Positions 30,410 to 39,074 of a DNA stretch of 64,000 nucleotides are shown piece after piece. The DNA is taken from NCBI GenBank assembly GCA_018819305.1, contig JAHJQO010000014.1:34832-98831 (forward strand). Reading direction: 5' to 3'. Source of the stretch: Nanobdellota archaeon. Its GTDB lineage: Archaea; Nanobdellota; Nanobdellia; Woesearchaeales; SM23-78. The notes beneath the pieces were generated by a model that saw only the letters and a program-made list of their open reading frames with translations, ran no database searches and was not told the DNA's origin. The stretch's first letter is position 1; each line of letters starts with the position of its first letter. The position numbers and the translations under genes are program-made.

Positions 30410-32031
30410 TTTTTAACCTCCATAAAAACCTTGTCAAGCTTTTCTGAAATCATGTTCAAAATAGGCGTTCTTGCTAAGTATTCTCCTACTTTTCCTTTGC
30501 TTTCAAAAGATTCTTTTATCTGCTCAAATGAATTGTTTCCTACTTTTTTCTTGGGATTTATTAATTCTACATGATTCCTCTGAATATCAAAAATATAAGG
30601 AGTTCCATGACGATCTCCTGTAAAATGATGAAACTCAATATCTATCTTTCCACCTCCATCTCTTTTAACATAACCCCAGCTACCATTTTTAGTATGAGTA
30701 TAATTATCTCCGCTCTTTACAATCTTAACTTTAACACCTGCTCTAAATACATCTTCTTGCTTTGCCTCTTCTAACAAGAACTGTGTGCAAAGATTCTCAT
30801 AACCATTATGATTCAACTTTTTAGGGAAAGTTTGATTATCCTTATTTATTGCAATTTCTAAATCACTAATTTTAAGACATTTAGTATCACCTTTAAAATT
30901 AATTTCCCATGTGGCTCCTGAATTGCATGTGCAAGAGTCAGTTTTTCCAATAATTCCTTTATACTCATCATAGTACTCACTGCCTTTTTTTACTCTTACT
31001 TTCAGGTTTTCCTTATGATCCTTTATTTTTGCTGGTTTAAAATAATAACCTGCTTCAAATTTAAACTCTGTTTGGTTAAGCTTCAATTCTGCTTGATTAG
31101 AATACTCTGATATCACTGCCTTAAATAGAGCTGCAAAATCTGGTTCTGCCCTATCATGCGCTCTCTTATGTTTATTTAATTCGTTATAAACATCATTCTT
31201 TGCAAATATACTGCGAACTATTTTTGGGTCATCAACAAGTTCAGATAAACATGCTGCCTGTTCATAAACATTCATATCATGACCAAACAGCTCAATCATG
31301 GCATTTTCAACTAATCCTTTGTTAACCTTTTCTTCATTTTTTATTGATTCCAATAATTTAAAATAGTTAGAGCATTCCCCTGCAAAGAACAGTTCAACTC
31401 CTTTGTACAGCATTTCATTGCTTGTTAATAATTTATCCTGTGATAACTCTAATAATCTATTTTTCACATCATCATTTCGTGCAGATGAAACGAGTTGAGA
31501 ATAGACTATTGTATTTGACAAATCATCAGGAGTATCCAACTTATCTACTTGTGAAGCAAGGAATGGTATTTTTTCTAAGAGATTCTGCGCAGCCATAGAT
31601 GAAATTACATTAGTACCTATGTACTGTAATACATGGGGCTCTATTTTTGCCTTTTTCACCTTATCTTTTTTTATATTTTTTGTATAATCCTTTAGGAGGT
31701 GAAGAGGTGATGTTTCTGGAGCTAATCTTGAAATTAAAGAATCATGGTTAGGTGTATATTTTAATCTTATGAAGTCTGAAAAAGCTTTTTCAGGATCCTT
31801 GGCAATCATTTGCTTTGCTTTTTTCTTATCAATGTCATTTGCAAAATAATATGCTAAACTTGTATCTGGGAGATTTGTTCCTGTTAACTCATCAAAACCG
31901 AATCTGGGTTGCTGTGCCTCCAGAATCTTTGATATTTTTCTAACTGGATTCATATCTGCTGCTAAAACAACTATTTCTTCAAGGGCTTCTTCTTCATTTA
32001 ACTCTTCTAACAAATCAATTTCATCATTCAT
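30406..32031 (-). CDS. Hypothetical protein, helical N-terminus with SH3/KOW-like C-terminal repeats
   Basis: VRVKKGSEYY...IIGK and FRAGVKVKIVKSG...SWGYVKRDGGGKIDIEF beta-barrel-like segments; GAGGA SD. Confidence 0.6.
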   Translation of the reverse strand: MNDEIDLLEELNEEEALEEIVVLAADMNPVRKISKILEAQQPRFGFDELTGTNLPDTSLAYYFANDIDKKKAKQMIAKDPEKAFSDFIRLKYTPNHDSLISRLAPETSPLHLLKDYTKNIKKDKVKKAKIEPHVLQYIGTNVISSMAAQNLLEKIPFLASQVDKLDTPDDLSNTIVYSQLVSSARNDDVKNRLLELSQDKLLTSNEMLYKGVELFFAGECSNYFKLLESIKNEEKVNKGLVENAMIELFGHDMNVYEQAACLSELVDDPKIVRSIFAKNDVYNELNKHKRAHDRAEPDFAALFKAVISEYSNQAELKLNQTEFKFEAGYYFKPAKIKDHKENLKVRVKKGSEYYDEYKGIIGKTDSCTCNSGATWEINFKGDTKCLKISDLEIAINKDNQTFPKKLNHNGYENLCTQFLLEEAKQEDVFRAGVKVKIVKSGDNYTHTKNGSWGYVKRDGGGKIDIEFHHFTGDRHGTPYIFDIQRNHVELINPKKKVGNNSFEQIKESFESKGKVGEYLARTPILNMISEKLDKVFMEVKK

Positions 32032-32043
32032 TTTACATCCTCA

Positions 32044-33558
32044 TTACATCCTCTTTCCATCCAAATAAACTTCTTTTATTATTTGGCCATCTACTTCTAT
32101 TTCCTTGATTTGAACTCTTTTTTTGTCAGGAAGCTCTAATGACTTTGCTTTTTTTGTATGACAATCACAAATAGATTCTAATTCACTCACTCCTCCTCTG
32201 GATTCAAAGTCAGAGATGTACTTGATTTCGCCATTTACAGGGCTGCCATAAATATCTGGTCTTAGCGCACACATGGCTTCCCCTATCATCAAAGCAGTGG
32301 CTATCTGGTTGATCATAATAACAGAAGGGTTGGGTGCTTGTATACAGCTAGTTCTCCTGATAATCTCAGCTCTGATAGCAAGGTCTGAAAGATTAATCTG
32401 GCAGTCAAAACATGAAGTTTCTCCTTGCTTATAAGCTAGAACTGTTGCTGCCCTATAATCTGTGCCTCCACTAATAATAGGGATGTTGTGTTTTTTTGCA
32501 TAATTATGAAGAATAGCCTTTGTGTAAAAACTATCCACTCCGTCAAAGATTAAATCATATTTTGTATCGAATTTGGATTTTTCTGTGAACTTATCAACAA
32601 TTGCATTTATCTGTGTTTTTCCTTTTGAAATCTTTTGCATAGTCTCTGCTATTCTTTCTGCCTTTAACTTGCCGACTGCATCATAAAAACTTACCTGCCT
32701 GTTGAGATTATGGTCTTCAACAACATCATAATCCATAACGTCAATTCTTCTCGGGCTTAAATTAGATATTGCTGCTGGTCCTAACAAGCAGCCCAGTGCG
32801 CCAGCTCCAACCATGAGAATATTCTTATCTTTGAAAGCATTAGCTATTACTTTTATCTCCTTGTCTGAAATATGACCAAAACGTTTATTTGATTCTAAAT
32901 TATAATTATAAATTATGTTTAAAGGCTCATCTTTTCTCATTAACAACTTCTTGACTTCCTCAGCCACCATTCCGCCTAGTTCTAAAGATACAAAATCACC
33001 TTGCTTTTTTCCTTCAAACATAGGCATTAACATAGCCAGGTTGTTTTCTCCGGCACCTGAAAAAGCAACTTTTCCATTATACTTATCAGCAGAAGAGCTA
33101 ATTATTGGAACGCCTTTTTTAAGATGATAATCTAAAACATGACTCTTTGATATCTTATCATTGGTTGCATCAACTATAACATGGCTTCCTTCTAAAAAAT
33201 ACTGAGCAGCAATAGTTGATAAATCAGAGTTTATTCCAATAACATTTACCTCTGGATTAATCTTCTTTAATGCTTGCTCAAGGCTTTGAGCTCTGGATTT
33301 TCCTTTTAGAGGCAAGTCAAGAAGCATATCATTTGCTGTTCCTTTGGCAGAATCAATTATTCTTATAGTGCCTACTCCTAAAGCTGCTAATGGCATGGCA
33401 ATGTACCTGGCAAGAACATCAGAGCCAATTATAGTAACAATTCCATTCTTCAGTTTCTCCTGATTCCAGTCCTTAATTAAGAGTTGCCTGTCATACCTGT
33501 GAATATTTTTTTCAATTTTTTCTTCAATATCTTCTAAAATGTCTTTTTTATATTTCAT
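32044..33558 (-). CDS. Ubiquitin-activating enzyme E1-like protein with tandem ThiF domains
   Basis: Domain 1 RYDRQ...IIGSDVLA (no GxGxxG); domain 2 VGAGALG, DYDVVEDHNLNRQ, DGVD, CFDC, RTSC, CDC. Confidence 0.88.
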   Translation of the reverse strand: MKYKKDILEDIEEKIEKNIHRYDRQLLIKDWNQEKLKNGIVTIIGSDVLARYIAMPLAALGVGTIRIIDSAKGTANDMLLDLPLKGKSRAQSLEQALKKINPEVNVIGINSDLSTIAAQYFLEGSHVIVDATNDKISKSHVLDYHLKKGVPIISSSADKYNGKVAFSGAGENNLAMLMPMFEGKKQGDFVSLELGGMVAEEVKKLLMRKDEPLNIIYNYNLESNKRFGHISDKEIKVIANAFKDKNILMVGAGALGCLLGPAAISNLSPRRIDVMDYDVVEDHNLNRQVSFYDAVGKLKAERIAETMQKISKGKTQINAIVDKFTEKSKFDTKYDLIFDGVDSFYTKAILHNYAKKHNIPIISGGTDYRAATVLAYKQGETSCFDCQINLSDLAIRAEIIRRTSCIQAPNPSVIMINQIATALMIGEAMCALRPDIYGSPVNGEIKYISDFESRGGVSELESICDCHTKKAKSLELPDKKRVQIKEIEVDGQIIKEVYLDGKRM

Positions 33559-34916
33559 TTTTCTTTTTTCTCAACTTTTTCTTCAGGTCTATTTTCTTCT
33601 TTTTCTTTTATCTCTTTTTTCTCTCTTTCTTGTGCTTCTTTAGTCTTTAAGCCGTATTTACTCTGGAAATATGAATCCATAATCTGCATCTGCTCATCTC
33701 TTCTATATGATTCATCTAATTTAACCATCATCTTAACAAATGATTTTATTTCACCAATACTTGGATCATCTGTTCTTTTCTCATATTCATTTACTTTCCC
33801 CTCAAGAGTTTTTAGAAATGGCCTAGACAAGTAGAATGCGTTTTGATAAGTACCACCATAATGATTGTCATACTGAGCATAATATCCTTGAGCATCCCAT
33901 TTCTGTGCATTTGCACCAACAGAAACATACTTTCCTTTTTTGCCTTTAGCTCCTTTCCAGTTGACAAAAACCCATTTCTTAGGAAGATCAATATTAGCTT
34001 TGATTTCCTCTTCTAAAGACTGTCTTGTGACTTCTATGTCATTCTTAACAAAAACCTTTGAAATCTCTACTTTGTCAATTAATTCAGAGGAATTTCCTTT
34101 AGTAATAGCTTTTTCAGTGGAAAGTCCAATAGCGGTATAAGGCTTAATATTAGGTATGTTGCTCATAATAGCATAATAAGCAAAACCAAAAATATGAGAT
34201 TGATAATAATTTATTTGAGTTGTATCAAGTAATGAATTTAACAGATGAACAGCTTTGTCCTTTGCATTTTCCTTTTGAAAATCAACACCATTTCTTTTTA
34301 AAATTCTTTCCAAGCGCTTATCATGGTTCAGAACATACTCAATTATTGCATCATCTACAGATCTACCAGAAAACCTTATTCTTCCGTTTTCTCTGTTCTT
34401 TGTAATCTGAGTTTCAATAAGTTTTAATGGAATATTAATGTGTTGTTCTGTGTTAAGGCTGACAGAATTCAGCACAGTTTCAAAGTTTTCCATATCCACA
34501 CTTGAAGGTCCTAAGTGGCGTGCATCTCCATGGCCATGAGGCCAACCAATAATATATAAATTGCTTCCATTTGCATTGTTTTTTTCCTCTAACTGATTAT
34601 TTGCTTTAGCCACATCATCTCCGCTAATCTTAACAGTTCCAAGAGTGATATCCTGGCCTTTCTGTATCAAAAGATCACGTATAACATAATTAGGGTCTCC
34701 TTGTTGTGTTAGAAAATATGCTGACCATTCATAGTCTCTGCCAGTAAGCTCTTTTATAAGAGGACCTATCATCTCTAATTTCTTATGCGCCCCTAATGTG
34801 ATTGGCATTTTTTTAGGAATTAAATCTTTTGGAGATACTATCCTTTTTTCATGATTGTTCTCTGCTTGCACAAGCAGTTCATCAAGTTCATCAAATTGTT
34901 GTTCATTATTTTTCAT
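33555..34916 (-). CDS. JAB/MPN+ (JAMM) metalloprotease
   Basis: EWSAYFL ... IIGWPHGHGDARHLGPSSVD = E...HxH-x8-S-x2-D. Confidence 0.8.
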   Translation of the reverse strand: MKNNEQQFDELDELLVQAENNHEKRIVSPKDLIPKKMPITLGAHKKLEMIGPLIKELTGRDYEWSAYFLTQQGDPNYVIRDLLIQKGQDITLGTVKISGDDVAKANNQLEEKNNANGSNLYIIGWPHGHGDARHLGPSSVDMENFETVLNSVSLNTEQHINIPLKLIETQITKNRENGRIRFSGRSVDDAIIEYVLNHDKRLERILKRNGVDFQKENAKDKAVHLLNSLLDTTQINYYQSHIFGFAYYAIMSNIPNIKPYTAIGLSTEKAITKGNSSELIDKVEISKVFVKNDIEVTRQSLEEEIKANIDLPKKWVFVNWKGAKGKKGKYVSVGANAQKWDAQGYYAQYDNHYGGTYQNAFYLSRPFLKTLEGKVNEYEKRTDDPSIGEIKSFVKMMVKLDESYRRDEQMQIMDSYFQSKYGLKTKEAQEREKKEIKEKEENRPEEKVEKKEK

Positions 34917-34917
34917 T

Positions 34918-36267
34918 TTAACCTCTATTCCAATCCCATCTGTTTGTTATTAACAGACCTTTTTTCTTAGCCTTCTCAATAGTAGTCTTTCTTGGAGATA
35001 GCTTTTTATCTAATGAATCACCAAAATATTCACCACCATCTCTTTCATCACCACCATGCCCTCTTATGCTATGTGGTGTTAAACCGTGCATAATTAAGTT
35101 TTTAGCATCATCAAGCGCCTTTGCAACCCATTCAACATTACTGCCATTTCTTGAGGGAACATTCCCCCCGCAAAGACCTTGAAAAGCTTGATTCTTATTC
35201 GATGTAAATGGATGCCATTCAGGTTCAAAGAGTTCAGGTTTATCCAAATAAATATCTCCGTCATATTGGATTCTCAATCCCACTCTTAATCTTGGAAATT
35301 CATAACAAACACCTTTCTTAGTTGGTCTTGGATCTAGCATTGCAAAAGGAGGTATTATCTGGTAAACATAGACGCTTCCATCTTTTCTTAAGAAACCAAC
35401 ATCACCATCATTAAACTCCTTAAGCTTTATAATTCCATCAAAGTCCTTTAATGCCTTTAGTCTGGTCCTCTGCACATCCTTAATGTAATCAGAAAATTCG
35501 TCAATGGCTTCTATCTTTGCAGTCCATTCCAAGAAATCAGAGTAATTCTTTTCTATATTCTCAACTTTTGCAAGAGGTAATAATTCTGATTTTTCAGAAA
35601 CTCCATTAAGACAGATTTCTAACTGGGATTGATTACCATTTGAATTTGCTAGCTGATAAACTTTTTCACCAAGAGTCAATATATTTTTTCCCTGTATTAC
35701 ATCTAAGAAATGAGTGACTTCATCTTTTGCAGTTCCATTAAAATTCTTTTTTGCATAATCCTGCTGCTGTGCATACAGCTTTCTTTTAACCTCTTCAATA
35801 CTTCCAAGCAATTCTTTTTCATCGACTTCTTTAGAATCCTTTTTCCTTTGTTTATTTACTTCATCACCTAGTAAAGCAGATAAATCCTCTTTATGCCCGC
35901 TCATGTAGGGCATTAATTCTTTTATTATAAAAGAAAAAAGCTTTCTGTCTCCTATCTCTCTTTCTCTTTGCTCAGCAGTCTGAAATCCTTTGTCAACCTT
36001 ACTCTCAATAAAAGCTTTTTTTAGAGCAAATATCTCATCTTCATTTATATGATTGTAGAATCTGACTAAATCATCCAGATTACCAGCAGGAACCAAACCC
36101 AGTTTAACATTTGAGCCAGAAAACCCAATATAATTATCTCTGTGATTGCCCTTATTACCTTCTTTATAGTTTGGTTTATAGTTTGGGCTAACAAGATAAA
36201 CCTCTTTACCTCTAATAAGGAGAGGTCCTCTTGATGCGAGTTCTGAAAAAAAGGTTTGAAGTTTCAT
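34918..36267 (-). CDS. Putative E2/UBC-fold conjugating enzyme (C-terminal domain) with large N-terminal extension
   Basis: YEFPRLRVGLRI...PELFEPEWHPF-x10-LCGG followed by helix VEWVAKALDDAKNLI; operon context. Confidence 0.55.
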   Translation of the reverse strand: MKLQTFFSELASRGPLLIRGKEVYLVSPNYKPNYKEGNKGNHRDNYIGFSGSNVKLGLVPAGNLDDLVRFYNHINEDEIFALKKAFIESKVDKGFQTAEQREREIGDRKLFSFIIKELMPYMSGHKEDLSALLGDEVNKQRKKDSKEVDEKELLGSIEEVKRKLYAQQQDYAKKNFNGTAKDEVTHFLDVIQGKNILTLGEKVYQLANSNGNQSQLEICLNGVSEKSELLPLAKVENIEKNYSDFLEWTAKIEAIDEFSDYIKDVQRTRLKALKDFDGIIKLKEFNDGDVGFLRKDGSVYVYQIIPPFAMLDPRPTKKGVCYEFPRLRVGLRIQYDGDIYLDKPELFEPEWHPFTSNKNQAFQGLCGGNVPSRNGSNVEWVAKALDDAKNLIMHGLTPHSIRGHGGDERDGGEYFGDSLDKKLSPRKTTIEKAKKKGLLITNRWDWNRG

Positions 36268-36331
36268 GTCATTTCCTCTTTATCTTTTATTTTTCCTGTT
36301 GGTTGAAATCCTTTTATCTTAACATAATATT

Positions 36332-36760
36332 TTATCTTAACATATAATCAATACTTTTTTTTGCGCCTTCCTGTCTTGCAGCTACAATTATCTCTGCTTC
36401 AAGATACTCTCTTCCTGCTGTAGAAGTTGCGTCTCTAAGATAATCTGTAATTTTTTCTGTTCCTTTTATTGCCTGACCATTAACAGAAATACCATACTTA
36501 TCTTTCATCTCTATTCTAATTTTGTCTTGGTAACGAAGTTGCTCTCTTGTAAACCCGTCTTCTTCTCCTAATTCCAAAGCATGGCTAACAATCTTATCTA
36601 TCGACATGTCAGCCATGTGGTCAGGTAACAAAAACCTCAATGACTTCTCTGCCGCTGTCCCTGGCTTGACCCTTACAATTACTGGTTTATTTGCATCAGG
36701 TAAGTCTGCGCCTTTATCTCCTGTTGTTCTATTATCTTTTTTCTTTTTTTGTTCTAACAT
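36332..36760 (-). CDS. Putative ubiquitin-like (beta-grasp) protein with C-terminal pro-peptide
   Basis: VIVRV / LRFLL / helix SIDKIV / YGISVNG / KITDY / AEIIVAARQEGA-KKSIDYMLR; AGGAGG SD. Confidence 0.55.
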   Translation of the reverse strand: MLEQKKKKDNRTTGDKGADLPDANKPVIVRVKPGTAAEKSLRFLLPDHMADMSIDKIVSHALELGEEDGFTREQLRYQDKIRIEMKDKYGISVNGQAIKGTEKITDYLRDATSTAGREYLEAEIIVAARQEGAKKSIDYMLR

Positions 36761-36773
36761 TTTTTTTGCCTCC

Positions 36774-38258
36774 TTAAATTATATTTCTAATATCTTTGAT
36801 TTGGTCATAGCGATCATTTGCTATTGAACGAATATCTGATTCAGTTAATGATCTCTTTACGTTTTGCCCCATTTCTTTGAATTCAGCATCTATTGCTCTT
36901 AGCAAATCTGATAACCCCAAACCTTTATCGTGTGAATTACCCTTGCCATTGCCAATTTCTCTTTTTATTGCATAATCAGCTGCTCTCTGGACACTGGCCT
37001 CAATAATTGCGCCACTAACAAGATTCTTATATCTTACTGGTTCTGATGTTTGATCATAGAATTCCATTAAAGCAAGTACGCTCTCATCTGAGAATAATTT
37101 TTTTACACCTTCAGATGATAAGTAGTCTACTTCTGGAAAACCAGCTTTTTTTGCTGCTTTTCTTAATTCCCTGTTAAAGGGCATGTCTTTTAGATAAATA
37201 TCATAAATCTGCTTAGCACCTTTATCATTAGGTCTTGGAATTTCCAGTTTTCTATCAATTCTTCCAGGCCTTAAAACTGCAGGGTCTATCATATCCTCCC
37301 TGTTGGTTGCCATGACAAGAACAACATTGTAATTTGAATCAAGACCATCCATCTCTGCCAGGAACTGAGGAACTATGGAATCATAGATATCTGTGGATAT
37401 ACCACTTCCTCTTCTTTTGAAAACTGATTCTGCCTCATCAATAAATATTACGACTGGCTCATTGGTTTCAGAACTCTTGTCTCTTGCACTTGCAAATATT
37501 TGCCTGATTGTTTCTTCTGATGCTCCGACATATTTGTTTAATATTTCTGGTCCTTTGATGTTCAGAAAGTAGCCGTTTTGATTATTGCCTGTTCTGGCTG
37601 CTATTGACTTTGCAAGATTATAAGCCATTGCTTTTGCCACAAGAGTCTTTCCACATCCTGGAGGACCGTAAAGCAACACTCCCTTTGGAACCCTCTTATT
37701 ATATTTCTTATAGAGATCCTTGTGCAAAAATGGTGTCTCAATAACATCTTTTATTGTCTCTATAATATGATCTAATCCACCTACTTTGCTCCATGGAATT
37801 TCAGGTACTCCTTCTAAAGTAAATCTCTTGTTTTGTTTTCCAAGGTTATCTAGAACTACAGATTCACTATCATCAATAACTACACAGTCTCCTCTTTTTG
37901 CACCATTATTTCCATAAAGGATGGTTTGATTACCGTTTATGTTTACTTTGACTCTATTATTATCTAGAACTTCGCTAACAACAACAACATTTCCTTCTTT
38001 TCTTGGATCAGATACATCTACAATAGCATAATTATTATTTAAAGAAACACTTTTCCCTCTTTGCAGTTTGTCCTTCATTCTAGGATTATACGATACCTCA
38101 TAAGTTTGATTTCCAACTATCACTTCAACTTTTTTATCAAATACCTCTGTAATAATTCCTTTTCTAAGCGGCGGAAGTGATAATGATTTGATAATCTCTT
38201 CTTGGTCTGCAATTTCTTCTTCAAGCTTTGAAACTCTTTCTCTTAGATCTTGAGTCAT
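36774..38258 (-). CDS. arc: Mpa/ARC-type proteasome-associated AAA+ ATPase
   Basis: N-terminal coiled coil, LSLPP, two OB-like domains, GPPGCGKT, FLNIKGPEILNKYVG, IFIDE, RGSGISTD...IVPQFLAEMDG, RPGRIDRK, SGAIIEASVQRA. Confidence 0.82.
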   Translation of the reverse strand: MTQDLRERVSKLEEEIADQEEIIKSLSLPPLRKGIITEVFDKKVEVIVGNQTYEVSYNPRMKDKLQRGKSVSLNNNYAIVDVSDPRKEGNVVVVSEVLDNNRVKVNINGNQTILYGNNGAKRGDCVVIDDSESVVLDNLGKQNKRFTLEGVPEIPWSKVGGLDHIIETIKDVIETPFLHKDLYKKYNKRVPKGVLLYGPPGCGKTLVAKAMAYNLAKSIAARTGNNQNGYFLNIKGPEILNKYVGASEETIRQIFASARDKSSETNEPVVIFIDEAESVFKRRGSGISTDIYDSIVPQFLAEMDGLDSNYNVVLVMATNREDMIDPAVLRPGRIDRKLEIPRPNDKGAKQIYDIYLKDMPFNRELRKAAKKAGFPEVDYLSSEGVKKLFSDESVLALMEFYDQTSEPVRYKNLVSGAIIEASVQRAADYAIKREIGNGKGNSHDKGLGLSDLLRAIDAEFKEMGQNVKRSLTESDIRSIANDRYDQIKDIRNII

Positions 38259-38830
38259 TTTCTCCCCCCTATTATTTTGTTTATTTTTTTGTTTATGATT
38301 TTATTTTTCATTATTCTTCTTTAGTTTTGATTCTTAATTTCCCCTATGTCTTCTTAATATATAGGATAGTGAATTGATAATATATACTTAACGTACATAC
38401 AGGCATTAAAACATGTTTTGTACATACTATTTTGACAATTTTTCATTTTCATCCGTTCATATTTTTAATCACTGTAAAGTTATTAATTATTTAAATATTT
38501 GTTGTTGATATTTCTACAACAGATATTTTTCTAGTCCTTGGCTTTCTGGACGATGCAGTTTGTAGTGTTTTTGCAAACCTTCTGCCCACTTAGCTTCTGG
38601 TAGTAATATTTCGTATCTCATCTTCCTATGATAACTACAAAGTAGTGACGATATATAAAACATTGTAGAAGAATTTTTGGATATACGCGTAAAGATGCTA
38701 CTTTTTTTTAGTTATAATCAATAAATTAATATAATGGTTTTATAAATGAAAAAATAATTTATTACGCTTAATAACTCTGCTAGGTTTTGTTTTTACAACT
38801 AAATAAAATCACATCTTATTTAAGAATAAC

Positions 38831-38838
38831 TTTATAAA
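38831..38838 (+). promoter_or_regulatory. TATA box upstream of the ABCE1 5' remnant
   Basis: TTTATAAA ending 22 nt before ATG 38861; spacing typical of a leaderless archaeal transcript. Confidence 0.5.
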
Positions 38839-38860
38839 ACTCAAAAAAGAACTAAATATC

Positions 38861-38956
38861 ATGACACGTATATGTATAGTTAAGAAGGAGAAATGCAGCC
38901 CTGTGAGCTGTGGAAATTTTCTTTGCATTAGAGTGTGCCCTCTGAATCGCAAGTAA
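38861..38956 (+). pseudogene. 31-codon remnant of the ABCE1/RLI N-terminal Fe-S domain
   Basis: MTRICIVKKEKCSPVSCGNFLCIRVCPLNRK* = Cx4Cx4Cx3CP; colinear with the N-terminus of 40449-42185. Confidence 0.82.
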
Positions 38957-39074
38957 TCGTATTGGTTGGGGAAAAATTTAAATAATGTGACCTTTTTCTG
39001 ATATCATCAAAGCTTTTTATTCCAAAAACTTCATCATTTTTTAGCAATTTAAACATTTTTTAAAGAGTGCAAAA

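Noticed and set aside
32044-33558. ThiF/MoeB for thiamine, Moco or tRNA thiolation
   Set aside because: Tandem asymmetric domains, no rhodanese domain, and JAB/E2-like/AAA neighbours fit protein conjugation better
29780-38258. Provirus or integrative element carrying the Ubl operon
   Set aside because: No integrase, capsid, terminase or flanking att repeats were seen
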